Source: Candidatus Nomurabacteria bacterium (GTDB taxonomy: Bacteria; Patescibacteriota; Minisyncoccia; Phycocordibacterales; UBA9973). Taken from it: a DNA stretch of 64,000 nt. The notes beneath the pieces were generated by a model, which did no database searches, had not been told where the DNA came from, and worked only from the letters and a program-made list of their open reading frames with translations. Shown in pieces: positions 38,148 to 46,816 of this stretch (position 1 is its first letter; the number at the start of each line of letters is the position of its first letter). The translations under genes and the position numbers were made by a program. Location of the stretch: the NCBI GenBank assembly GCA_026395955.1, contig JAPLXR010000004.1, positions 3,883 through 67,882 on the forward strand, in the 5' to 3' direction.

Positions 38148-38771
38148 TTATTCAACTTGAAAACTTTCTTTAGATAAAGCAATAAATTTTTCATGTGTTT
38201 CTGGGGTCTTATCGTAATGCATAGAAATTATTTTACCTATCTTTTTAAATTTTTTTGCAAAAATAAATGCTTCTTCTGGACCAAATGTATAAAAGGTACC
38301 TACAGGTAAAAGAGCTAAATCTACTTCTAAACTTGAAACATCAATCCCAGATTCATAAAACATATCTCCTGCAAAATATATATTCTGCCCATCTACATTT
38401 AATAGAAAACCAAAATTTTCTTTTAATGGAGCTGAAACATTTGGACCGTGGTCAACATTGAAAAATGTTACAGTCATATCATCTATAAAAATAGTATCCC
38501 CCACCTCAACTACATTAATTTTAAAATTAAAAGATTCTTCTCCTAATGTTTCTAAACATTCCGCATTTAAAAATAAATTCTTTATTTTGAGAGATTTTAT
38601 ATTCTGAATATCAAAATGATCACCATGAATATGAGAAACGATAAATGCATCAACTCTACCCACCTTAGCTAGGTCTGAATTTGATGTTTTATTACCTATA
38701 TCAAAAGCTAGACGAAAACCACTATTATTCTCAATTACGAAACCAGATTGTTCATATTTTTCTATTTTCAT
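38148..38771 (-). CDS. MBL-fold metallo-hydrolase
   Basis: HIHGDHF (HxHxDH) plus downstream His/Asp ligands. 207 aa. Confidence 0.7.
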   Translation of the reverse strand: MKIEKYEQSGFVIENNSGFRLAFDIGNKTSNSDLAKVGRVDAFIVSHIHGDHFDIQNIKSLKIKNLFLNAECLETLGEESFNFKINVVEVGDTIFIDDMTVTFFNVDHGPNVSAPLKENFGFLLNVDGQNIYFAGDMFYESGIDVSSLEVDLALLPVGTFYTFGPEEAFIFAKKFKKIGKIISMHYDKTPETHEKFIALSKESFQVE

Positions 38772-38867
38772 CCTTATATTTTAACATAAATATCAAATCT
38801 GTGGATAACTTGCTTTTTTATTTTAAATGGTGTATAATATATACAAATAACTTAAATATTCTTTGTA

Positions 38868-39173
38868 ATGAATCTACCTGAATTCAAGGAATTGCTAAAT
38901 GCGATTCCAGACTCTGAGACAAGAGTCAAGGAAATTAATAAAAGTTACTTCGAGGAACAAGAAATAAAGAAAAAAAATCCCAACTTTCATGCAACTGGTT
39001 GGGAAAATATAGTTTTAGGAAAATGTCCCACAAATCTAAAAGACGATACAAAAACCTGGAAAGGTTTTGTATCAAAGTACAATGCTATAAAACGAACAGC
39101 TAAAAAATGTGGTACAACAATCAGAGAACTATTAGCAAGAGAAGATTTGATACAAATGTATCATGTGAAGTAA
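38868..39173 (+). CDS. hypothetical protein
   Basis: 101 aa, followed by a terminator hairpin AATGTCGTAC-aaaa-GTACGGCATT + T-run at ~39181-39215. Confidence 0.3.
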   Translation: MNLPEFKELLNAIPDSETRVKEINKSYFEEQEIKKKNPNFHATGWENIVLGKCPTNLKDDTKTWKGFVSKYNAIKRTAKKCGTTIRELLAREDLIQMYHVK

Positions 39174-39211
39174 TTTTTAAAATGTCGTACAAAAGTACGG
39201 CATTTTTATTT

Positions 39212-39847
39212 TTACGAATGGAATAAATCGTAGTCTTTTTTGAAGAAATATTTATTTAAATTATAAATAGAATATGTTATGTAAAAAGCAGAAAGTACAT
39301 CGATAGTGTAATGTAAATGTCCCATCAGAACTATAGCTCCAAAGAAAACAGACATAGCTAAAAAGAAATATCTCACATACTCTTGCTTCCAATAAATAAG
39401 GGCCATAAGAAATGGTAGCCCTGTATGCCCAGAAAAAAACAAATCACCAGAAAAAATAAAATGGTTTAAAAAATTAGTAGAAGCAATAGCTATCTGTGAA
39501 GGAAAAGGTGCAATATGAGTAAGACTAACAAAAACAGATCGAGTAAGTACAAAAAATGAAATTGATTTCAATATAAAAGGAATTTTTTTAGGTTCATACA
39601 AACAAAAAAGTGTAATAATAATAAAAATCATAAAACCTCCATATATAAACAAACCATCAACATCAAAAGTACGAAGGTTGCTAAGTATTACATCTGTAAC
39701 AGAATTACTTGCTCTCTCTGTCGCATATATACCAGCATAGAAATTTATAAACATACTGCCAACAAGCATAAGAAGCCCAAAAAATATTTCTGTCAGAAAT
39801 ATTTTATTTGTAAAATTACTTTTATATGAAGTTAATATTTTATCCAT
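39212..39847 (-). CDS. PAP2-like (type 2 phosphatidic-acid-phosphatase family) membrane protein
   Basis: 211 aa, 5-6 TM. FSGHTG and HLHYTIDVL resemble PAP2 motifs C2 (PSGH) and C3 (SRxxxxxHxxxD). Confidence 0.4.
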   Translation of the reverse strand: MDKILTSYKSNFTNKIFLTEIFFGLLMLVGSMFINFYAGIYATERASNSVTDVILSNLRTFDVDGLFIYGGFMIFIIITLFCLYEPKKIPFILKSISFFVLTRSVFVSLTHIAPFPSQIAIASTNFLNHFIFSGDLFFSGHTGLPFLMALIYWKQEYVRYFFLAMSVFFGAIVLMGHLHYTIDVLSAFYITYSIYNLNKYFFKKDYDLFHS

Positions 39848-39872
39848 ATTTTTATTATATCAATTTAAATAA

Positions 39873-40586
39873 CTAACGTATATCTTTATATTCTTTTGAA
39901 GCAGGTTTACCTCTAAAAGAAACTGAAAAGAAGTTTAATATATACAAAATTGCAGTCTTTCCTGTTCCTTGACCCTTGAAACGCCTAGCAGAAGTATACA
40001 TAGGTAAATTTGGTATAAATTTAACTTTACCAACCTTGCTCAATCTCTTCGCTATATCTGTGTCTTCTCCATAAAAAGTGATACTTTTATCAAAGCCACT
40101 TATTTTTTCTAAAGCATCTTTTTTTGCTATAAAATTACCACCCACAACCATATAACCCGTAATCAATGAAGTAGGATAAGCAAAAAGATTCCAATACAAC
40201 CAAACTGAAAAACTTTTTAATGGTTTAACATCATGATAAATATATGGACCACTAATACAAACAAAGTGTGGATTTTTAGAAAAAGATTTCAAAACTTTTT
40301 TACCCCAATCTTTTGGCATCTTTGTATCAGCATCAATATAGGCTATCAAATCTCCTGTAGCAGATTCGAGGCCTTTCTGTCGAGCACTAGTTAAACCTTT
40401 TTGAGCTTCATGAATAACTTTTACTCCTTTGAATTTTTCTGCAACTTCCCTAGTCTTATCTGTACTAGCATTATCTATCACGATTATTTCATAAAAAAAA
40501 TCAGGTGCATTTTTAAATACACTTTCTAAACAAATGCCAATATATTTTTCTTCATTATATGCTGGAATAACTAAACTAATTTTCAT
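39873..40586 (-). CDS. family 2 glycosyltransferase
   Basis: ISLVIPAYNEEKYI...EIIVIDNASTDKT...DADT. Confidence 0.8.
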   Translation of the reverse strand: MKISLVIPAYNEEKYIGICLESVFKNAPDFFYEIIVIDNASTDKTREVAEKFKGVKVIHEAQKGLTSARQKGLESATGDLIAYIDADTKMPKDWGKKVLKSFSKNPHFVCISGPYIYHDVKPLKSFSVWLYWNLFAYPTSLITGYMVVGGNFIAKKDALEKISGFDKSITFYGEDTDIAKRLSKVGKVKFIPNLPMYTSARRFKGQGTGKTAILYILNFFSVSFRGKPASKEYKDIR

Positions 40587-40590
40587 ATTT

Positions 40591-41352
40591 TCATCGAATT
40601 ACTTTATATACAAAACGTTTCTTTAAGAAATTTGGTAACAGTGGTGGAATATTCCAATAAATAAATAATTTCCACCAACCAAATTTTTCAAATCTTCTAG
40701 TAGAAGTATAAACTTCATTAGTATCTAAGAAAAAGAATTTTCCAAATTTTTGTGCATCTTTGAGAAATTTCAAATCTTCACCCATGTCTAAATCTTCATT
40801 AAAACGTACACGATCCAAAAGACTACTTTTTATTATCTGTATTGCGTATGAAGTTTTCGTGAATTTGTGACCTATATCATAAAAACGAAACCAATGCTGT
40901 GCTTTTTTACTAAAAGGTATTGGGTTTATTTGTGTTGTTCCAACTGAATAAATATTATTAATATCTTTAATTAAAAGATTATTTAAATTATTTAAAAAGT
41001 ATTTTTCTAAAATAGTATCTGCATCTAGAAAAATAGTCCATTCACTTTTTGGACTAATTTTTTCTATCCCTAGATTTTTAGCTGGTGAGACTCCTTTTTT
41101 AGGAGAAGTAAAAATATGAGTATTCTCACTTTCAAACTTTTTAGCAATATTATATGTATCATCCTTGGAACCATTTTCTATTACGATGACTTCATATAAA
41201 TCTTTTGGATATTCTAGTAATCCTATCTTTTTTAAAGTATGTGCTATATACAAAGCTTCATTGTGAGCAGGTATAACTATAGAAAAAAACAGCTTCTTAT
41301 CCCCTCCTATTTTAGTGAATATTTTACTTTCCATCATATAACTGTACCACAA
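40591..41352 (-). CDS. family 2 glycosyltransferase
   Basis: FSIVIPAHNEALYI...EVIVIENGSKDDT...DADT. Confidence 0.75.
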   Translation of the reverse strand: MWYSYMMESKIFTKIGGDKKLFFSIVIPAHNEALYIAHTLKKIGLLEYPKDLYEVIVIENGSKDDTYNIAKKFESENTHIFTSPKKGVSPAKNLGIEKISPKSEWTIFLDADTILEKYFLNNLNNLLIKDINNIYSVGTTQINPIPFSKKAQHWFRFYDIGHKFTKTSYAIQIIKSSLLDRVRFNEDLDMGEDLKFLKDAQKFGKFFFLDTNEVYTSTRRFEKFGWWKLFIYWNIPPLLPNFLKKRFVYKVIR

Positions 41353-41356
41353 AAAA

Positions 41357-43699
41357 TTAATTTTTAATAAAATATCTCTTCATCAAGAAATACTGTAATA
41401 GTCCAAAAATAGACAAGATTACGAGTGATTCGAGTACATAGTTAATAGATGGGAAAGGAGTAGTAATATTAAAGAAGTTAATTAATACTGGAATCTTAGT
41501 CAAAATAAAAATCAAAACTATTTCAATAAAAGCTAAAATAAATAAATGAGATTTTTCTTTTCTAGTCAAAGAAGAAGAATAAACATTTGGAGCTAAAGCT
41601 AAGAATGTAAAACCAGAAACAATAAAACCTAAGATTGCTAAAGTATTAGGTTGTATATTTTTCAAATACTCTGGACTGATAAAAAATACTAGAGCGATAG
41701 AGATAGATTCAACTATCGCACAACACAAAACGAAAGGAAGTATCTGACCCAAAAATGTTTTTTCATTTGAAGGTGGAGTTTTTCTAGATGGTTGTATCGC
41801 CCAGAGACCAATAACTAATCCCGGAATCCCAACAGTAAAATAATTTATCAAAGTTATATTTAGCGGTGTGAGAGTAAAAGCATATCCAAATATTGAAATA
41901 ATTGTAAAGAAAAATAATCCGATTAAACTTTGATTTATAAAAACCCCAGCATTCATCTCTATACTACGAATAAAGTTGTCTGCGAGCTCTACAGCCCCTG
42001 GTAAGTCAGTAAAAGTACTATTCATCAAAACTACACCGGCGAGCTGACGAGTCACTGGAGCGCCATCAAACATCGCTACACCTAGGTCCGCACGTTTGAT
42101 AGCTAAAGCATCATTCACCCCATCCCCCACCATCGCAGTAAAACCGTCTTTTTTAAAAGCTTCAATAAGTTTTAATTTTTGTTCAGGTAAAATTTGAGCA
42201 AAGACAGTATAGTCGTGAACTTTCTTTTTGTAATCTTCATCAGTCCATTTTGAAACTTCGTCCCCTGAAATAACTACATCACTATTTTTTATTCCGACAG
42301 ACGTTGTAACAGCTCGCACAGTATCTACGTTATCTCCTGAAATAATTCTTATTTTTATTCCGCGATCTTGGAAGAAACTAATTGCTTCTTTTACTCCAGC
42401 ACGCAAAGTATTAATAAAGACAAAAACAGATACAACAGAAAGTTTTGTTTTTGAAAGCTCACGAGGTAAAGATGATTCTTCTGAACGCACAACGCACAAA
42501 ATTCTTTTTCCTGTATGTGCATTTTTTTGCAAAACATCTTCCAACCATTTTTTCTCAACAGGATTCACTATTTGTGGTAAAAAAACACTTGCAGTACCCA
42601 CGAATACAGTGCCTTTGCCGAGCTTATCATTTATAACTACTGCACCATATTGTCTCCAAGAAGAAAACGGTAAAGCATCATTGGCTTCACTCTCTTTTAC
42701 TTTTTCTTCTCCTATATATTTTTCTATAGCTGAAATAGTCTGAGAGGAATCACCTGATCCATTTATATATAGAGAAGTTAAATCAAAAACTACTTCTTTG
42801 GAAATACTTTCTGGCATAAAAACATCTTCAACAACGAGAATATTGTCAGTCAAAGTTCCTGTCTTGTCCATGCAAAGATTTTTTATTCTACCGAGTTTTT
42901 CTGTCGCATTTATTTCTTGGAATAAAACATTATGTTTTGAATAACTACTTGCTCCAATAGTGAAAAGCAATGTTGTAATAACCATCAAACCTTGAGGTAC
43001 GATAATACTAGCCAAGGCACCAATATGCATTACGATATTTACATACGCTTCATGAAAAAAATATCCACGAGCAATAACAAAAATAATACTAGCAATAAGT
43101 ATAAAGCCGGAATATTTTATAACCGTATTTATAGATCTCTGAATAGAGCTAGGATTCAAAGCGTACTTTTTTGCATCTTCAGTAATTCTAGAAATTCTAC
43201 TTTCTTTGAAAATATTTTCTACTTGTAAAATTGCATTACCGGAAGTAATAATACATCCGGCTACTAATTTATCATTTTCTTTTTTAGGAAAAGAATCAGA
43301 CTCCCCTGTGAGTAATGCTTCAGATATTTCTAAATTAATAGCAGAAATTAAAACACCATCACAAGGAACTTGATCACCTAATTTTAATTTTATTTTATCT
43401 CCAACGATTAATTTTTCAGCCAAAACATCTTCTTCGTTATTGTCTTTATTCAAACGTATAGCATGAAGTGCTGTTAGCATTTGTAAACGTTCGAGCATGA
43501 ACCGAGCACGAATGTCTTGGATAACACCGAGTAAAATATTTATTATGAATACTGCACCAATAAAAATAGAAGCTTGTTTGTTACCAAAAACATAAAGTAA
43601 AATAACAACAGCAAAAATAATACCGTTAACCAAGATTACAGTATTACGAAAGAGTATAGGAAGAACGCTAGGTAATACTCTTTTATATAATTCAAACAT
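41357..43699 (-). CDS. P-type cation-transporting ATPase
   Basis: TGESD (actuator), CMDKTGTLT (phosphorylation site), GDGVNDA (hinge). The annotated ORF extends to 43759 but overlaps the tRNA. The ATG at 43699 (MFELYKR...) is the likely start. Confidence 0.88.
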   Translation of the reverse strand: MFELYKRVLPSVLPILFRNTVILVNGIIFAVVILLYVFGNKQASIFIGAVFIINILLGVIQDIRARFMLERLQMLTALHAIRLNKDNNEEDVLAEKLIVGDKIKLKLGDQVPCDGVLISAINLEISEALLTGESDSFPKKENDKLVAGCIITSGNAILQVENIFKESRISRITEDAKKYALNPSSIQRSINTVIKYSGFILIASIIFVIARGYFFHEAYVNIVMHIGALASIIVPQGLMVITTLLFTIGASSYSKHNVLFQEINATEKLGRIKNLCMDKTGTLTDNILVVEDVFMPESISKEVVFDLTSLYINGSGDSSQTISAIEKYIGEEKVKESEANDALPFSSWRQYGAVVINDKLGKGTVFVGTASVFLPQIVNPVEKKWLEDVLQKNAHTGKRILCVVRSEESSLPRELSKTKLSVVSVFVFINTLRAGVKEAISFFQDRGIKIRIISGDNVDTVRAVTTSVGIKNSDVVISGDEVSKWTDEDYKKKVHDYTVFAQILPEQKLKLIEAFKKDGFTAMVGDGVNDALAIKRADLGVAMFDGAPVTRQLAGVVLMNSTFTDLPGAVELADNFIRSIEMNAGVFINQSLIGLFFFTIISIFGYAFTLTPLNITLINYFTVGIPGLVIGLWAIQPSRKTPPSNEKTFLGQILPFVLCCAIVESISIALVFFISPEYLKNIQPNTLAILGFIVSGFTFLALAPNVYSSSLTRKEKSHLFILAFIEIVLIFILTKIPVLINFFNITTPFPSINYVLESLVILSIFGLLQYFLMKRYFIKN

Positions 43700-43700
43700 G

Positions 43701-43774
43701 TCCACCCTCATGGATTCGAACCATGGACCCCAGAGGTATAAGCTCTGTGCTCTAACCAACTGAGCTAAGGGTGG
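43701..43774 (-). tRNA. tRNA, anticodon UAU (tRNA-Ile reading AUA), 74 nt, no encoded CCA
   Basis: Minus strand reads CCACCCT-TA-GCTC-AGTTGGTTA-GAGC-A-CAGAG-CTTATAC-CTCTG-GGGTC-CATGG-TTCGAAT-CCATG-AGGGTGG-A. Full cloverleaf with 7/4/5/5-bp stems, T-loop TTCGAAT, D-loop AGTTGGTTA, anticodon loop CU-UAU-AC. Unusual C1:G72. Confidence 0.75.
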
Positions 43775-43848
43775 AGATTGATTTTTCCTTTTTCAAGAAA
43801 AAATCAAGGTTATTTTTATCTTATCTAATTAGTGCAATTTAATCAATA

Positions 43849-45777
43849 CTAACTAATTTTATTTTCAATATCTTTCTTCTTTGGTAAAATTCCATTCGCT
43901 ATTATTATCTTTTCGTAATCAGCTTGTTCAAGTGTTTCTACATCTATCAAAGCATTCGCAATAGCATCGAGGGCTTTTCTGTGATCAGTGAGAACTTTTT
44001 CTGCAGACTTTATTCCGTCTGTGACTATTCTTTTTACTTCACTATCTATCTTACCAGCAACTTCTTCTGAATAATCTTTTTCACTTCCACCTCCCCATTT
44101 TTGATTTCCACTATCTTCTGCAAAAACTACAGGGCCAACGAGGTCACTCATTCCCCATCTTGTAACCATAGCGCGAGCAAGGCGTGTCGCGACTTGTAAA
44201 TCAGATGATGGTCCTGTAGTAATATCTCCAAAAATCATTTTCTCTGCGACATAGCCACCCATAGACATAGCAATATCATCTATAAATTCTTTTCGACTTT
44301 GTAGTTTTCTATCTTCTAGTGGAAGCTTGAGCGTGTATCCTCCAGCACTACCACGAGCAACAATAGAAACTTTGTGAACTGGATCAGCATAAGGCAGGAC
44401 TGATGCCACAAGTGCATGGCCTGCTTCATGATATGCAGTAATTTCTTTTTCTTTTTTAGAAAGCAAATGACTCTTTCTCTCAGGACCGAGCATTACTTTT
44501 TCTATCGCACGAATCAAATCAAATTGAAAAACTTTTTTACGAGCTTCACGAGCAGCGAGAATCGCACCTTCGTTCATAAGTGAATATAGGTCTGCTCCAG
44601 AAAATCCTGGTGTTCTTTCTGCTATTACAGTAAAGTTTACATCTTCGGCAAGAGGCTTTTTAATTGCATGAATTCTCAAAATTTCTTCACGGTCTGCACG
44701 GTCAGGAAGATCGAGCATAACACGACGATCAAAACGTCCCGGGCGAAGAAGTGCAGGATCGAGAACATCTGGGCGATTTGTCGCAGCCATTACGATAACT
44801 TTTTCATTTGGTTCAAAGCCATCCATTTCTACGAGAATTTGGTTTAGTGTTTGCTCACGTTCATCATTACCTCCACCATAACCACCACCACGTACGCGTC
44901 CGACTGCATCTATCTCATCTACGAAAATAATTGCAGGAGCTGCTTTCTTTGCCATTTTGAAAAGATCACGCACACGAGACGCTCCCACACCGACAAACAT
45001 TTCTACGAATTCAGAACCAGACAAATGAAAAAATGGAACACCTGCTTCCCCTGCTACTGCACGAGCGAGCAATGTCTTTCCTGTTCCAGGTGCACCGTTA
45101 AGCATTACACCTTTTGGAATTCGTGCACCAATGTCTAGAAACTTTTTTGGTTCTTTTAAGAAATCTACAATTTCAGAAAGTTCTTGTTTAGCTTCTTTGT
45201 TTCCTGCCACATCTTTGAAAGTAACTTTATTATTTTTATCATTCGGATCTGTGATACGAGCCTTTGATTGTCCAAATGTAAATGCCTGCATTCCAGCACC
45301 CTTTACACTACGAGATAAATACCAAAAGAAAAATACTATTAGAAGAATAGGCAAAGCAAAAGGTAAAATATTCATGAGCCAATATCCGAAACCACTTTCG
45401 TCTTTAACTTGGATATTTGTTTTTGCTAATGCATCAGCTTTTACACCGTAATTAAATAATGTTTGAGATAGTGAAGCTTCAACTTCTTTCTTGGCTTCTT
45501 TCACATCTCCATTTACATATGAAATAGTTAAAGTTTCTCCTGCTACATCGATACTTTTAACTTCTCCGTTTTGCACACTTTTCGCTAAGTCAGATATAGA
45601 AACTTGAGGTGTCTCTTTGATGCTTCCAGAAATGGCCAAATACAGAGCGGTAATAATCATAAAAACCAATACCATTCCTGCTATATTCTTTGAAAAACTA
45701 CTACCCTCTTTTCCTTCCTTGCCCTTCTTTGGGTCTTTATTTTCTTTATTATTTTGATTTAAAAAATTGAAATTCAT
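43849..45777 (-). CDS. ftsH: ATP-dependent zinc metalloprotease FtsH
   Basis: Two TM helices, AAA+ module [23 protein letters not shown], Walker [13 protein letters not shown], and protease HEAGHAL. The true start is MNFNFLNQ at 45777, because the longer ORF to 45990 overlaps divergent smpB. Confidence 0.93.
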   Translation of the reverse strand: MNFNFLNQNNKENKDPKKGKEGKEGSSFSKNIAGMVLVFMIITALYLAISGSIKETPQVSISDLAKSVQNGEVKSIDVAGETLTISYVNGDVKEAKKEVEASLSQTLFNYGVKADALAKTNIQVKDESGFGYWLMNILPFALPILLIVFFFWYLSRSVKGAGMQAFTFGQSKARITDPNDKNNKVTFKDVAGNKEAKQELSEIVDFLKEPKKFLDIGARIPKGVMLNGAPGTGKTLLARAVAGEAGVPFFHLSGSEFVEMFVGVGASRVRDLFKMAKKAAPAIIFVDEIDAVGRVRGGGYGGGNDEREQTLNQILVEMDGFEPNEKVIVMAATNRPDVLDPALLRPGRFDRRVMLDLPDRADREEILRIHAIKKPLAEDVNFTVIAERTPGFSGADLYSLMNEGAILAAREARKKVFQFDLIRAIEKVMLGPERKSHLLSKKEKEITAYHEAGHALVASVLPYADPVHKVSIVARGSAGGYTLKLPLEDRKLQSRKEFIDDIAMSMGGYVAEKMIFGDITTGPSSDLQVATRLARAMVTRWGMSDLVGPVVFAEDSGNQKWGGGSEKDYSEEVAGKIDSEVKRIVTDGIKSAEKVLTDHRKALDAIANALIDVETLEQADYEKIIIANGILPKKKDIENKIS

Positions 45778-45830
45778 AAGCAAAGAATAGCATGAAAAAC
45801 GGAAAAATAAAAATGTGCTAATATTAAAAC

Positions 45831-46274
45831 ATGGCGAATTATGCGGAAAATAGAAAGGCGCGTTTTGATTATGAAATCCTCGAGAAATACGAGGCTGGTA
45901 TTGAGCTTCTAGGAACAGAAGTAAAATCAGTCCGTGGTGGACGAATGTCACTGGAAGGGGCTTTTGTGATCGTGCGTGGATCTGAAGCATTTATTATCAA
46001 TGCGAATATTCCACCATATCAAGTTAAAAATACTCCGTCTTCTTATGACCCGCTTCGCAATAGAAAACTTCTTTTGACTCAAAAAGAAATTGCCGAGCTC
46101 GGTGGAAGTGAGAAAAATAAAAGTTTGACTATAGTACCACTTTCAGTGTATAATAAAGGTTCCAAAATTAAAGTAAATATTGCTTTGGTTAAAGGAAAAA
46201 AACAATTTGATAAACGCGAAACAACAAAAAAGCGTGAAACAGATCGTGAAGTTCGCAGAACTTTAAAAAATTAA
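45831..46274 (+). CDS. smpB: SsrA-binding protein SmpB
   Basis: 147 aa. NRKARFDYEILEKYEAGIELLGTEVKS...LLLTQKEIAEL is the canonical SmpB sequence. Confidence 0.95.
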   Translation: MANYAENRKARFDYEILEKYEAGIELLGTEVKSVRGGRMSLEGAFVIVRGSEAFIINANIPPYQVKNTPSSYDPLRNRKLLLTQKEIAELGGSEKNKSLTIVPLSVYNKGSKIKVNIALVKGKKQFDKRETTKKRETDREVRRTLKN

Positions 46275-46284
46275 TAGGTTATAG

Positions 46285-46329
46285 ACCCCCTCGCCCGATT
46301 ACGGGCACTCCCCCTTATTAAGGGGGAGA
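46285..46329. repeat. tandem GC-rich hairpins after smpB (GCCCG-ATTA-CGGGC, then CTCCCCC-TTATTAA-GGGGGAG)
   Basis: Member of the polypyrimidine/polypurine hairpin family (TTAT-AA loop). No T-tract. Confidence 0.45.
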
Positions 46330-46369
46330 TTGATGGATAAAAAATTATTAATAATTTTTTACTGTATTT

Positions 46370-46779
46370 GGGGATGCAAGGCATAGACAAGAAGTATATT
46401 TGTTATTGATGCATGTCGAGCATGGACGCAATCTCGTAAAAATTCGTCTAAATGTTAATTGCAAAATTAGCTACTAAGGCAAAGGATGCACTTTCTCCAT
46501 ACTTCAGTATGAAGGATTTCGCTTTTGCTCCAGCACTCGCCTAACATAACTGGCCGGTCTGGTGTCTCCTCTATCGACTTCCGATAGATAGAAAGAGGCA
46601 TAATATTATCGGGATAGGAAAAATGAATGACTCGACTTTTTTCCAAAATAAAGGGAATCGATTAAAAAATATTTTGTTTACTTAATAGTTTTTTAATTTA
46701 AACAAATAAATAAACTACACATGTAGAATTCTTTACAAACACTTTTTGCACGGGAGTTCGATTCTCCCCATCTCCACAA
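46370..46779 (+). ncRNA. ssrA: tmRNA (SsrA)
   Basis: 5' GGGGATG pairs with 3' CATCTCC-A, including a G3:U70 wobble. T-arm GGGAG-TTCGATT-CTCCC. Pseudoknot-1-like GCATGTCGAG...CTCGTAAAAATTCGTC as in E. coli tmRNA. Candidate tag ORF resuming at GCA 46461 and ending at TAA 46542-46544 (..KDFAFAPALA*). Immediately downstream of smpB. Confidence 0.8.
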
Positions 46780-46783
46780 TTTA

Positions 46784-46809
46784 AAAAATCCCCGAAAGGG
46801 GATTTTTTA
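46784..46809. terminator. bidirectional intrinsic terminator AAAAAATCCCC-GAAA-GGGGATTTTTT (copy 1 of 5)
   Basis: Shared by the tmRNA (+) and the 1244-aa gene (-). A-run and T-run on either side. Confidence 0.7.
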
Positions 46810-46816
46810 AATTTAA

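Noticed and set aside
4260-38811. Three perfect DnaA-box 9-mers TGTGGATAA (4260, 18282, 38803) as a hint of a replication origin
   Set aside because: They are tens of kilobases apart (one inside a CDS), not clustered, and there is no dnaA/dnaN nearby. This is consistent with chance in AT-rich sequence.
43700-43759. Annotated longer start (43759) for the P-type ATPase
   Set aside because: It would read through a well-formed tRNA gene on the same strand. The ATG at 43699 gives a normal N-terminus.
45778-45990. Annotated longer start (45990) for ftsH
   Set aside because: The extension overlaps divergent smpB and encodes a non-FtsH-like segment. MNFNFLNQ at 45777 precedes the expected TM helix.
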